NCBI GenBank assembly: GCA_038061835.1
Contig: JBBTYJ010000015.1
Location: 3,907-67,906, forward strand
Source of the DNA: Patescibacteria group bacterium
Lineage (GTDB): Bacteria > Patescibacteriota > Minisyncoccia > Phycocordibacterales > Zambryskibacteraceae
Direction of reading: 5' to 3'
Length of the DNA: 64,000 nt
The notes below the pieces were generated by a model. That model saw only the letters and a program-made list of their open reading frames with translations. It did no database searches and was not told the DNA's origin. Of the stretch, positions 9,169-18,689 are shown in pieces; position 1 is the stretch's first letter; every line of letters begins with the position of its first letter. Both the position numbers and the translations under genes were made by a program.

Positions 9169-9732
9169 ATGGAACAGACAGAGAGTCTTTATGTTAATAA
9201 GACTAATGTACACCTTGAAACACCTGATTATCGACTGTTTGCAAAACCGTACGGGCCCCTTTATCCAGAAGCCACCGGGAGGATTTTTAGACTTGAGCAC
9301 CATGAATCCTCACCATCAAGTGTTTCCTACATTAAATCGATCGCTCCTATTATCTTTGACTTTAAGATAAGCGAAGAGTTACCAGTCAAAGTATACTACG
9401 AAGCAATGATTGATAATGAAAGAGTACTCATGGTTCGAATCGAGTATGGACAGTATGAACGTCTCATCGACCTTCAGAAAAGGAATGGGAACTGGCTCCT
9501 TTTGTTTCTTTGCACACCAAGATGCCTATTAAGTGAGGGGGCTAAAAGAGCTAAACTCATCATGATCATGCTTGATTCAGAGTATGCTTTCCGAGAAGAC
9601 ATGACGGCGGAAGAAAGGGATGCACTAGATGTTGAACGTCAGTCATTCGCGATGCGAATGGGCTGGACGCAAATGAGTATCCCCGAACTAGAGAAACAGT
9701 GCAAAACACTGACCGACAAGCTGCCATACTAA
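9169..9732 (+). CDS. Hypothetical protein (orphan plus-strand gene with its own SD and terminator)
   Basis: AAGGAGA SD 6 nt upstream; 330-bp AT-rich upstream region; followed by a terminator; no recognisable domain. Confidence 0.5.
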   Translation: MEQTESLYVNKTNVHLETPDYRLFAKPYGPLYPEATGRIFRLEHHESSPSSVSYIKSIAPIIFDFKISEELPVKVYYEAMIDNERVLMVRIEYGQYERLIDLQKRNGNWLLLFLCTPRCLLSEGAKRAKLIMIMLDSEYAFREDMTAEERDALDVERQSFAMRMGWTQMSIPELEKQCKTLTDKLPY

Positions 9733-9752
9733 TAAGTCGTAAGTCTTGAAGG

Positions 9753-9787
9753 GGTCGCTACTATGGGAGGAGTGGCGACCTTTTTTA
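9753..9787 (+). terminator. Rho-independent terminator
   Basis: GGTCGC-loop-GCGACC followed by TTTTTTATTT. Confidence 0.75.
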
Positions 9788-9907
9788 TTTATCCAAAAGG
9801 CCGGTCCACCACTTGAAAGTAAAAGTCATCAATAGATAAGCCGGTAGATAGATAGGTACCAAAATAAAAAACAAGATTAGGCGCACTGTCTTCATGAATA
9901 TTTTCAT
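9785..9907 (-). CDS. 40-aa hydrophobic peptide ORF (not in track) whose ATG abuts MITE copy A
   Basis: Translation MKIFMKTVRLILFFILVPIYLPAYLLMTFTFKWWTGLLDK; speculative. Confidence 0.25.
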   Translation of the reverse strand: MKIFMKTVRLILFFILVPIYLPAYLLMTFTFKWWTGLLDK

Positions 9908-9973
9908 CCCGTTAGAAGTTTACTTCTCATAATATTACCACTATGACTCAAACTTGTTGAACTTCTAACGGGA
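9907..9973. mobile_element. MITE-like element copy A (67 bp; 14-bp TIRs TCCCGTTAGAAGTT/AACTTCTAACGGGA; TSD TTCA)
   Basis: Perfect 14-bp terminal inverted repeats, 39-nt interior, TTCA direct repeat at 9903-9906 and 9974-9977. Confidence 0.7.
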
Positions 9974-9974
9974 T

Positions 9975-10217
9975 TCATACAGATTGCTTAGCTGACCAAA
10001 GTGACATAATCATTCGCCAAATAAACATAACTGCCGGTTTGATATAAAACCAAACTATATTTAACACATCTTTTACATAATTTATGGTATTTTTCCCTTG
10101 TTCCGAGTTGGCTACGTCAATAATAGACCAATTCAAGAAATATTTAAGGAGCGCTAAAGCAATAATGATAAGTATCAGCCAACTGACAAAACCCTTATTT
10201 CTCGGCATATTCTCCAT
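9975..10217 (-). CDS. Small membrane protein (~80 aa, 2 TM)
   Basis: Only the part of track ORF 9975..10415 downstream of the M23 gene stop is non-overlapping; MENMPRNKGFVSWLILIIIALALLKYF... Confidence 0.4.
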   Translation of the reverse strand: MENMPRNKGFVSWLILIIIALALLKYFLNWSIIDVANSEQGKNTINYVKDVLNIVWFYIKPAVMFIWRMIMSLWSAKQSV

Positions 10218-10245
10218 TCTACTCCTCGACAAAGCTCGGAGCAAG

Positions 10246-11529
10246 TTAAAGAACCGGTAAGTAAGCAAGAGGATCGAGATACGCATCTCGTCCTTTCGCA
10301 ATCGGGACAAAGACCTGTTTACATCCGATACTGGTAGTGAATTGTCTAATCTCCACACCTTGTGACGCAAAGAGTCCGACGTGGAGATGCGGACCCTTGG
10401 AATACCCCGAACCATTTACTCCAGGCACCCCGCCTGAATAGCCAATCATCTGCCCCACGCTCACCTCTTGACCTTTTGGCACTAATGAAGCAGATAGATG
10501 GGCGTAAATACTCGTTAGGCCATTATCGTGTTTTATTAGTATCCAGCGACCATACGAATAACAGCCTTTCTGGTTATCCGTATTACCAATACCTTCGATT
10601 ACACCAGCAAGCATTGAACGCACCGGAGTACCCATGGAGGCTCGAAAATCAAGACCATTATGAAAACAGTCAGCGCTGCCATAGATACTGCAATCCGACC
10701 TGCCAAAAAGACCTGTAATAAACACATTATCCAAAGGCCAATCCAAAATGCCGCCCTTGGGTTTAGGAAAAAGAGATGGGTCAAGCGTAATACGTAGTTC
10801 TTGTTCCAAGCGATCAAGATCAGCTTCTGACTCTTTCTGTCGCGCTATGTTTGCTTGGATAAGTTTCTGATATTCCACTTCTTTGTTTTTTGTCTCAGTG
10901 AGAAGTTTTGCCTTTGCCTTCTGATTCTCTTCAACGACCGACTTTTGTCCACTTAACTGTCCACGCAAACTCACTTGTTCCTTTTTTATTTTCTCTTTCT
11001 CCATTTTTTGTTGGTTGAGTATCCTACGAGTCTCGCGTAAGGCGGTAATTTCTTCTTCCAGACGAGCATTCAGACCTGCAAGTTGACTCCCATCCCTCCA
11101 AATATCCGATAATCGGATAGAGGCCAGTATTTGGAGGATTAACGGACTAGAATCGTAATCGGATAAGGAAGTGAGAGTATTGGCAATCGCCGCTCTATGC
11201 GTGATAATCTGTTTCTCTTTCTCGCTCATGGCATTCTCAAGCGAACGGATGGTCAAATCGGCGGAAGTAATTTTCGACTGAGTAATGCTGATATCTTTGG
11301 CAAGCTTCTTTTTGGTCGTATCGAGCGATTTAACAGCGCTGCCGAGAGTCTGACTTTCTTTATTGATTTCATCAAGCTCCACTTGAAGCTTCTTCTGTTC
11401 TTCAACGAGCACTTCTCTATCTCTTCTCACCCGTTCTATTTGTTGTTCCAGTTCGCTTGGATTAGCGGCATTTAGGACAAACGGTATAATCAAAAAGATA
11501 ATAAAAATACTAATGAATCTCTTGTTCAT
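10246..11529 (-). CDS. M23-family (LytM-domain) peptidase with signal peptide and long coiled-coil (EnvC-like)
   Basis: HNGLDFRASMGTPVRSMLAGVI...GPHLHVGLF M23 motifs; N-terminal hydrophobic signal; Q/E/K-rich coiled-coil. Confidence 0.85.
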   Translation of the reverse strand: MNKRFISIFIIFLIIPFVLNAANPSELEQQIERVRRDREVLVEEQKKLQVELDEINKESQTLGSAVKSLDTTKKKLAKDISITQSKITSADLTIRSLENAMSEKEKQIITHRAAIANTLTSLSDYDSSPLILQILASIRLSDIWRDGSQLAGLNARLEEEITALRETRRILNQQKMEKEKIKKEQVSLRGQLSGQKSVVEENQKAKAKLLTETKNKEVEYQKLIQANIARQKESEADLDRLEQELRITLDPSLFPKPKGGILDWPLDNVFITGLFGRSDCSIYGSADCFHNGLDFRASMGTPVRSMLAGVIEGIGNTDNQKGCYSYGRWILIKHDNGLTSIYAHLSASLVPKGQEVSVGQMIGYSGGVPGVNGSGYSKGPHLHVGLFASQGVEIRQFTTSIGCKQVFVPIAKGRDAYLDPLAYLPVL

Positions 11530-11595
11530 CCCGTTAGAAGTTTACTGATAATAAAATCTTTACCAAACTTTATGAGAGCTGAACTTCTAACGGGA
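11529..11595. mobile_element. MITE-like element copy B (67 bp; identical TIRs; TSD TTCA)
   Basis: Same 14-bp TIRs; 39-nt interior about 50% similar to copy A; TTCA at 11525-11528 and 11596-11599; sits exactly between the GluRS-like stop and the M23 start. Confidence 0.7.
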
Positions 11596-11596
11596 T

Positions 11597-12475
11597 TCAT
11601 TTATTTCTGATTTTACCAAGATTGAAATGTTTTCGATTTACCCAAGCTAGTTTTTTTTCGTCGAAAATTGCACCTCCTTTATGAACTTTCGAGAAATCAA
11701 AAACATTTATCAATTCATCAAGAGTAAAAATTTCCTGCTCCGTACCCGGATTCCAACCCAAGAGAGCCAAGTAGTTAATAATAGCCACAGGTAAATATCC
11801 TTTTTGTCTATAATAATCAAGCGAAACTGATTCCCCGTGCTTGCGTTTGGAAAGCTTTGATCTATCCGGAGCCAAAATCAGAGGGAGGTGCGCATAGATT
11901 GGCCGTGGCGCGTCGATTGCCTCCTGAATCAGAATCTGTCTCGGAGTGTTGGAGATGTGGTCCTCGCCGCGGATCACATGTGTAATCTCCGCTTCAAAAT
12001 CATCAACCACAACCGCTAAGTGATAAAGGGGTTCGTTAAGATTTTTTGCAATAATAAAATCTCCAAGTTCGGTGGTATCAAACTCTACCTTACCGCGAAC
12101 CAAATCCTCAAAAACCATTTGTTTATTAGGATTGCGAAAACGCACCACTTCCCTATTCTCACCCTCTGTCTCCGTCGAAATATAGGCCTTATTGATTTGT
12201 ATTAATTTATTCAAGTGAGATTTGTAAATTTCCGTGCGTTCAGACTGATGCCAAAGCTCGCCATCCCTTTCAAAACCGAGCCATTTGAGACTTTCAAGCA
12301 TGCTTTCTTCATATTCCTTCTTGGAGCGCACTCTGTCCGTGTCTTCTATTCTAACTACAAAATCTCCACCATTCTGTCTGGCAAATAGATAGTTGAAAAG
12401 CGCAGTCCTCACGTTACCGATATGCAGCGGTCCTGTCGGCGATGGTGGAAATCGGGTAATAATTTTTTGATTCAT
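11597..12475 (-). CDS. Glutamyl-tRNA synthetase catalytic-domain-only protein (GluQRS/YadB-like length, no anticodon-binding domain)
   Basis: Class-I motifs PSPTGPLHIGN and KLSKR; 292 aa ends right after the catalytic domain (..WVNRKHF). Confidence 0.75.
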   Translation of the reverse strand: MNQKIITRFPPSPTGPLHIGNVRTALFNYLFARQNGGDFVVRIEDTDRVRSKKEYEESMLESLKWLGFERDGELWHQSERTEIYKSHLNKLIQINKAYISTETEGENREVVRFRNPNKQMVFEDLVRGKVEFDTTELGDFIIAKNLNEPLYHLAVVVDDFEAEITHVIRGEDHISNTPRQILIQEAIDAPRPIYAHLPLILAPDRSKLSKRKHGESVSLDYYRQKGYLPVAIINYLALLGWNPGTEQEIFTLDELINVFDFSKVHKGGAIFDEKKLAWVNRKHFNLGKIRNK

Positions 12476-13617
12476 TTCTCTATCTCGTGTTCAAGAGCAA
12501 TTTTAAGAATTTCTTCGGCAATCAAACGCGCGGCGTTTGACTTATAAAATGCTTTGGCTGCTGTTTTCATTTTTTCGCGTTCGATTTCATTTGTAATCAG
12601 CCGTTCAATCTCCGATGCAAGGAGATTAGCCGTAAGATTATTTTCTTCTATTACCTCGCACGCTCCGGCACGAGCGTAGGCAAAGGCGTTCGAATGCTGG
12701 TCATGACTGATTTTTTCATTAATAGGCACGATAATTGACGGTACACTCCAAGACGCGATTTCAAAAATAGTTGAACCAGCGCGCGAAATAACCAAAGAAG
12801 CCACCCCGGCCGCCATGCGCATTGTCAAAACATTAAGATAATCAAGGGCCCTGTATCTCTCTTTATAAAGAGAGTCAAGAAGAACTGCCTCGCTGGTAGC
12901 TCTGACTTCCATAATATTGTTTTTGCCGACCTGATGAATAATTGCGTATTTTTCAACCAAACTCTTAAGATCTTCCAAAATCGTATCATTAATCTTTTGT
13001 GCGCCTTGCGAACCGCCAAGTATTAAAATAACCGGAATATTTTCTTCAATTTTTAAAAATTCGCGGGCGCCTGAAGTGATGGGAAGAGCGATTTCCTTAC
13101 GCACGGGCTGACCGGTATAAGCCACCGCTCCTGCCGGGAAATATCGGACAGCTTCTTTATAAGAAACGGCGACGATCCTGGCAAATTTCCCAGCCCACAA
13201 ATTTGTCTTTCCGGGAATAGTATCGGACTCGTGGATTACCACTGGAATGCGTAAAAGGCGCGCCGCTACCAACGCGGGGAAACTTGCGTAGCCTCCTTTG
13301 CCAAAAACAACATCGGGATAAAGTTTATATACCATGTAGAGCGAGGAAAGAATCCCCCACCCTGTCCTAAATAGATCAACAAAATTAGGGATAAAAATCC
13401 ACCAATGAGCAGAGCGGCGAATTTTGCCTGCACTATTTTTCTTATAGGTAATACCATTTTCAAAGAGTACTCCGGGATTATACGGAGTGGGAGACATATA
13501 AAATAACTCTAGTTCAAGAAGTCTTTTCTCTTTAGTCAGATTATTGAGTTCTTCAGCAATGGAAACTATCGGGTAGAAGTGTCCCCCGGAACCACCACCA
13601 GTAAATAAGATACGCAT
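12472..13617 (-). CDS. murG: UDP-GlcNAc:undecaprenyl-PP-MurNAc-pentapeptide GlcNAc transferase MurG
   Basis: MRILFTGGGSGGHFYP N-terminus, GT28 family pattern; 381 aa. Confidence 0.9.
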   Translation of the reverse strand: MRILFTGGGSGGHFYPIVSIAEELNNLTKEKRLLELELFYMSPTPYNPGVLFENGITYKKNSAGKIRRSAHWWIFIPNFVDLFRTGWGILSSLYMVYKLYPDVVFGKGGYASFPALVAARLLRIPVVIHESDTIPGKTNLWAGKFARIVAVSYKEAVRYFPAGAVAYTGQPVRKEIALPITSGAREFLKIEENIPVILILGGSQGAQKINDTILEDLKSLVEKYAIIHQVGKNNIMEVRATSEAVLLDSLYKERYRALDYLNVLTMRMAAGVASLVISRAGSTIFEIASWSVPSIIVPINEKISHDQHSNAFAYARAGACEVIEENNLTANLLASEIERLITNEIEREKMKTAAKAFYKSNAARLIAEEILKIALEHEIEK

Positions 13618-13694
13618 CCCGTTAGAAGTTAATTTTTATAAACTTGTTGGTAAAAAATATCATGGTAAGTAATTTGAAAAAACTTCTAACGGGA
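13617..13694. mobile_element. MITE-like element copy C (78 bp; identical TIRs; TSD CGCA)
   Basis: Same 14-bp TIRs; 50-nt interior; CGCA direct repeat at 13613-13616 and 13695-13698 (reverse complement TGCG = murG start ATGCG). Confidence 0.7.
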
Positions 13695-13705
13695 CGCATT
13701 GTTGT

Positions 13706-14800
13706 TTATTTGGTTCTAGAAATCGAGAGTATTATACCCACTTCAAGAAGAGTGATAAAAAGAGAAGTACCACCATGGCTCACAAAAGGCAACGTAATGC
13801 CCGATAACGGGACCACTCCAAGCATAGCGCCGATATTGACGAATGCCTGGGATGTAATCATTATAACAATTCCAACAACTGAGAGTCTAGCAAAAATATT
13901 CGTCGTTTCCGAAGCAATTTTAATACCTCGAGTGGCAAAGAGAACGAACATTATCAATAAGAAAACAGAACCCACAAAACCAAATTCTTCGGCCGCCACA
14001 GCAAAAACCGAATCCCCTATTGGCTCGGGAAGATAAGTGAATTTCTGAACACTTTGACCAAAACCACGACCAAAGAGACCACCGGAACCGATCGCGATTA
14101 GAGATTGCTGGACTTGGTAACTTGCTCCTTGGGCATCCACTTGCATATTTAAATAAGTGGTAATGCGTTGCATAATATACGGCCGCATGAAAGCCAGGAG
14201 CCCCAAACCGATAGCGCCACCTAAGATAATCAAAAAGACATAACGCCACTTTCCTCCAGCAGCTATGAACATCGCCATACCAGTAAAAGCAATCATGAGG
14301 AAATTATCGGTATCCGGTTGATTTAAAAGAAGCGCTGCCGAGATAACCAAAAGGATAATAAGTGGCAAGAAACCCCGACGAAAAGTTTTTATTCTATCCT
14401 TGATCCCGGCAAGCCAAGCCGCGAAATAAACAATAAAAGCCAGTTTTAATATCTCGGAAGTCTGGAAGGAAATACCGCCAAACACAATCCAGCGCCGAGC
14501 ACCGGCATGTTCGAAACCAATTTCCGGTACTAACACCAAAATATTGAGAATAATAGCTATGATCAGAAGCCAGAAAGCGGACTTCTTCCAGATTTGAACA
14601 TCCAGACGCGACGCAATTACCATCGCCACAGTACCAGCCAAGAGTCCAAAAATGGTTTGCGAGAAAGCAATACTCGAATAATTTGAATTCTCTTTCGCTA
14701 AAAGAGCAAGCGCTGCCGAGCTAAAAATAAAAAAACCAAATACTATTAAAATAATAGAAATAAATAAAAACGATCTATCGACTTTTCGACCATTTAGCAT
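13706..14800 (-). CDS. ftsW: SEDS-family peptidoglycan glycosyltransferase FtsW/RodA
   Basis: 10-TM protein; conserved GFGQSVQK...LPEPIGDSVFAVAAEEFGF region. Confidence 0.9.
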   Translation of the reverse strand: MLNGRKVDRSFLFISIILIVFGFFIFSSAALALLAKENSNYSSIAFSQTIFGLLAGTVAMVIASRLDVQIWKKSAFWLLIIAIILNILVLVPEIGFEHAGARRWIVFGGISFQTSEILKLAFIVYFAAWLAGIKDRIKTFRRGFLPLIILLVISAALLLNQPDTDNFLMIAFTGMAMFIAAGGKWRYVFLIILGGAIGLGLLAFMRPYIMQRITTYLNMQVDAQGASYQVQQSLIAIGSGGLFGRGFGQSVQKFTYLPEPIGDSVFAVAAEEFGFVGSVFLLIMFVLFATRGIKIASETTNIFARLSVVGIVIMITSQAFVNIGAMLGVVPLSGITLPFVSHGGTSLFITLLEVGIILSISRTK

Positions 14801-14843
14801 AATTGGAAGAATTATAGCATTCCATCCGTCATACGGGACAGCA

Positions 14844-15890
14844 CTAACTAATGAGAGCCAGTATGACCCCGGTGATAGCGCAGATGACAGAAACTATCCA
14901 ATAACGCATAACCACTTTCTCTCTCGGCCAACCCAGCGCTTGGAAGTGATGATGAAGCGGAGCAACTTTAAAAACTCTATATCCGTTGAAAAATTTATAC
15001 ACGTAAATCTGGATAAGATCAGAAGCGGTGGTGGCTGCAAGAGGCAGAGCAACAATGGGTAATAGGAGCACTGAATCCGTGAGAAAAGCGATAACCGAGA
15101 GAGTAACAGTAAGAGCCATCATTCCCGTTTCTCCCATATAAAAACGCGCTGGCGGGACATTAAACCATAAGAAAGCCAGAATAGCGCCGGCTATGGCGCC
15201 GGACAAGGCAGAAATGTCAATCTGATTATTTATGAAAGCAATGATCGCAAAAGCGGTAAAAACGGAAGCGAGCACTCCTCCGGACAAACCATCAATACCA
15301 TCGATAACGGAAGTCGAGAAGGTGGCCAACATTACAACAATAAAGAAGGGTATAAACCAGATTCCCAAATACCAATCCCCATTAAATGGGATGTGAACAA
15401 AATTAAAATCAAGTTTGTAATAGAACCACAAACTGATGACGAGACCAATACCGAGAACGAGAATAGTTTTGACCTTACGATAAACCAACGCATCTTGAGT
15501 AAATCGACTTTGGCCATAGATATGTACCAGATCATCTGCCAAACCTATAAACGCAGCCAGGAAGAACGCTCCTAAGGGTACCAGGGTTTGTGATCGTGAG
15601 AAGAAGTTGAGTTTTAAAGTTAGATCAGATGGTATTGCCAAAGAGAGAAGATAGATGGCACATACGGCAAAAAGTACGGCCACCCAAATTATCACTCCCC
15701 CGACCTTGGGAGTACTCAGTTCGTGTTCGGTATTATGAATATTTTTAAAAGCTTCGGAAGTATTGGCATTCGTCCTCGGCGATCTTTTCCACATCTTGTA
15801 CCGGTAAAAATATCTGGTAAAGAATGGTGTAATAATAATACCAATAAAGAAAGTAAGAACTGTCGGAAAAATAATTTTAAGAATATCCAT
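14844..15890 (-). CDS. mraY: Phospho-N-acetylmuramoyl-pentapeptide transferase MraY
   Basis: DDL, GIDGLSGG and NVPPARFYMGETG motifs. Confidence 0.9.
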   Translation of the reverse strand: MDILKIIFPTVLTFFIGIIITPFFTRYFYRYKMWKRSPRTNANTSEAFKNIHNTEHELSTPKVGGVIIWVAVLFAVCAIYLLSLAIPSDLTLKLNFFSRSQTLVPLGAFFLAAFIGLADDLVHIYGQSRFTQDALVYRKVKTILVLGIGLVISLWFYYKLDFNFVHIPFNGDWYLGIWFIPFFIVVMLATFSTSVIDGIDGLSGGVLASVFTAFAIIAFINNQIDISALSGAIAGAILAFLWFNVPPARFYMGETGMMALTVTLSVIAFLTDSVLLLPIVALPLAATTASDLIQIYVYKFFNGYRVFKVAPLHHHFQALGWPREKVVMRYWIVSVICAITGVILALIS

Positions 15891-17734
15891 TATGGTCTGT
15901 GGCCTACGATAAAGACATTGTACCAGATGGCTAACATCAAAAGGAGATAGATTTTTCTTGAGTTATCACTCTGGCCGGAGATATGATCATCTATAAGATT
16001 TTTAATAAACGAGATATTCATGTGATTCTGGATATATGGATTATCCAAAATAGTATTATAAATACTTTGCCTCTCTTTCGTAAACCAGTTTCTAACGGGT
16101 GTTGGAAAACCAAGTTTCCTTCTCCTGCGCACCGATTCAGGCAAAATTTGTCTAAACGCTTCACGTAAAAGATATTTAGTGATCCCGCGTTTCCATTTAA
16201 ATCGATCTGGAAGACTCGACGCAAGACGCGCCACCTCAATATCTAGAAATGGCACTCTCAATTCGAGTGAATATGCCATAGTCATTTTGTCAGCCTTGGC
16301 CAAAATATCTCCGACAAGCCAAGTATTAATATCAATGTATTGCATTTTGGTCGAATCACTAAAACGAGCAGCTTCCTTGTATAGGTCTCTGATTAAAAAC
16401 TTTTGCTCTGGTTTATCTTTCCAGAGAGATTTAATTTCTGTTCCATTAAAAACAGAGGCGTTGCCAATATACCATTCTTCAAGTTTTTGACTTGCTCTCG
16501 TGGCATAATTTTTACCCCTAAAATCAAAGGGTAATTGGCTAATAAATTTCAAGATAATATTAGGTATCCAAGTAATCCATCGGCGCGCGAAAGGTTCTAA
16601 GTAAATATTATAACCGCCAAAGAGTTCGTCCGAGCCCTCGCCGGAGAGTACTACTTTGACGTGCCGAGCCGCTTCCCGAGCAAGAAAATATAATCCCAGG
16701 GCCGAGGGATCTGCCACTGGTTCATCAAAATGCCATACCGCCTTGGATAAATTTGTAAAATATTCTTCGGCTCCGATAGTAATTTCGCAATGATCAGAAT
16801 CGATCGCTCTAGCGGTCTCCAAGGCTTCTTTGCTCTCGTTTAGAGATTCAAAGCCAACGGTAAATGTTTTAATTTTTTTACTCGCATTGAACGGGATTGG
16901 AGTATTATTTCTAATTTTCTGCATCAGGGTCGCAATGATACTCGAATCTATGCCTCCGGATAAAAAGGATCCAACCGCCACATCGGCTACCATGTGATGA
17001 GCAACAGAATCCTCCATCGTTCTAAGAATTTCTGCGGCCGTTTTTTTCTCATTTAGAGAATTATTCTGTTTGAATTCAAATTGCCAATATTTTTTGATCT
17101 CCGTCGCTCCGGTTTTAACATCTATTTTCATAAAATGGGCAGGCAATAGTTTGAAAACATTTTTAAAAAAAGTTTCCTCAAGAGGATTATATTGGAACGA
17201 CAGATAATTGAAGACTGCTTTGTCATTTACTTCCGATCTAAATTTAGGCAGAGCAAAAAAACTTTTTATTTCTGAAGAAAAAGCGTTGATTTGATTTCCC
17301 TCTTTCCAATAATAAAGTGGCTTGATACCGAAGAAATCGCGTGCCAGAAAGACTTTTTTATCCATGGCATCATAAATGGCAAAGGCAAACATGCCGCGTA
17401 AACGCAGCAATATATTTTCTTCCCACTTTTCGTATCCTGCTAAAATTACCTCGGTATCGCTATTAGTTTTAAACTGATAATCTTTCAGCTCATTTTTAAT
17501 TTCCTTGTAATTATAAATTTCTCCGTTAAAAATAAGCGTGAGTCTGCCATCGTTTGAAGTTATCGGTTGTTTACCTCGGGCAAGATCGATAATCGAGAGA
17601 CGCCTCATGCCAAGCGCTAGATATTCATCAACGAAGAAACCTTCATCGTCCGGCCCGCGATGATGAATTAACTCCGTCATGTTTTTAATGGCGTCTTTTT
17701 CTTTAAAATTAATGATCCCCGCTATACCGCACAT
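15890..17734 (-). CDS. asnB: Asparagine synthase-like glutamine amidotransferase (AsnB family)
   Basis: N-terminal MCGIAGI Ntn nucleophile; PP-loop SGGIDSS; 614 aa. Confidence 0.9.
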   Translation of the reverse strand: MCGIAGIINFKEKDAIKNMTELIHHRGPDDEGFFVDEYLALGMRRLSIIDLARGKQPITSNDGRLTLIFNGEIYNYKEIKNELKDYQFKTNSDTEVILAGYEKWEENILLRLRGMFAFAIYDAMDKKVFLARDFFGIKPLYYWKEGNQINAFSSEIKSFFALPKFRSEVNDKAVFNYLSFQYNPLEETFFKNVFKLLPAHFMKIDVKTGATEIKKYWQFEFKQNNSLNEKKTAAEILRTMEDSVAHHMVADVAVGSFLSGGIDSSIIATLMQKIRNNTPIPFNASKKIKTFTVGFESLNESKEALETARAIDSDHCEITIGAEEYFTNLSKAVWHFDEPVADPSALGLYFLAREAARHVKVVLSGEGSDELFGGYNIYLEPFARRWITWIPNIILKFISQLPFDFRGKNYATRASQKLEEWYIGNASVFNGTEIKSLWKDKPEQKFLIRDLYKEAARFSDSTKMQYIDINTWLVGDILAKADKMTMAYSLELRVPFLDIEVARLASSLPDRFKWKRGITKYLLREAFRQILPESVRRRRKLGFPTPVRNWFTKERQSIYNTILDNPYIQNHMNISFIKNLIDDHISGQSDNSRKIYLLLMLAIWYNVFIVGHRP

Positions 17735-17738
17735 AAAT

Positions 17739-18689
17739 TTAATTGCTACTTATATACCGCATTACGGCGTTAACCAATACACGCGCATCGTCAAAACGAC
17801 CTTCCCCGGCAGAAGCACCGAGGATGGAAACAATAATCGGCCGGCCCAATTCCGGGTCAAAGACAAATGCCAGATTGCCGCCGGCAGTATCGGTAAAACC
17901 AGTCTTAGACGCCATAAGTCCAGGAATTTCCGCGACCAAGCTATTGGTATTTTGGGCGACATGCAGATGATTATCCAATGATTGAAAAGTGGTGGTAGCC
18001 TCTTTGGTTGCATCAAAAAAGGCGGGATGATTCGTGAGTATATATTCCAAAAGAGTACTAATATCTTTAGCCGTGCCATAAGCGCCACCCTTCACATTCG
18101 ACTCATCCAAGCCCGTTTCATTCCAAAAATAAGTGTTCTTAAGATTAAGTTCTCGGGCCTTATCATTCATTTCTCCGACGAAATCATTAATAATTTCCGC
18201 AGACGTTGCATTTGCGCTCGAGAGAGCTCCGAGAGACAGGGCTATCGCCCGCACACCATCATTGGATGACGTTAATAGAGAAAAGTCCAAGAGATCCTTA
18301 AGTTTCCAGTGTTCATTTTTGTATAGACCACTATTGCCTTCCGCGTTTAGGGCTTCCTCAGTTACGATAACCGTGCCATACAAAGGACTTAGATCTTCAG
18401 CAATTAAGGCGGACATGATCTTGGTCAGAGAAGCAAGCGAGAGACGCATGTTTTCGTTTTTAGCAAATAAAACGGTTCGAGTTCTTAAATCATAAACGTA
18501 AACCGCTTTTGCCCCGATTGTTATAGGAGGAAAAGAAACGGCAGCCACCCCGGTAGGAACTGATTTATCTTTCCTTTCCACTTTTGTGTTAAAAATTAAA
18601 GAGACTATAAACAAGCACGAAAGAATAATAGCCAAAACAAGAAAAAATCTTATCTCCGTATGACGTATGGTAGAAAATTGATCATTCAT
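17739..18689 (-). CDS. D-alanyl-D-alanine carboxypeptidase (S11, PBP5-like)
   Basis: SLTK (SxxK), SSNDG (SxN) and KTGFT (KTG) motifs; N-terminal TM/signal. Confidence 0.8.
   Translation of the reverse strand: MNDQFSTIRHTEIRFFLVLAIILSCLFIVSLIFNTKVERKDKSVPTGVAAVSFPPITIGAKAVYVYDLRTRTVLFAKNENMRLSLASLTKIMSALIAEDLSPLYGTVIVTEEALNAEGNSGLYKNEHWKLKDLLDFSLLTSSNDGVRAIALSLGALSSANATSAEIINDFVGEMNDKARELNLKNTYFWNETGLDESNVKGGAYGTAKDISTLLEYILTNHPAFFDATKEATTTFQSLDNHLHVAQNTNSLVAEIPGLMASKTGFTDTAGGNLAFVFDPELGRPIIVSILGASAGEGRFDDARVLVNAVMRYISSN

Noticed and set aside
9975-10415. Full 146-aa ORF 9975..10415
   Set aside because: Its first ~66 codons overlap the 3' end of the well-supported M23 peptidase gene in another frame; only the downstream non-overlapping part (from Met at 10217) was kept.
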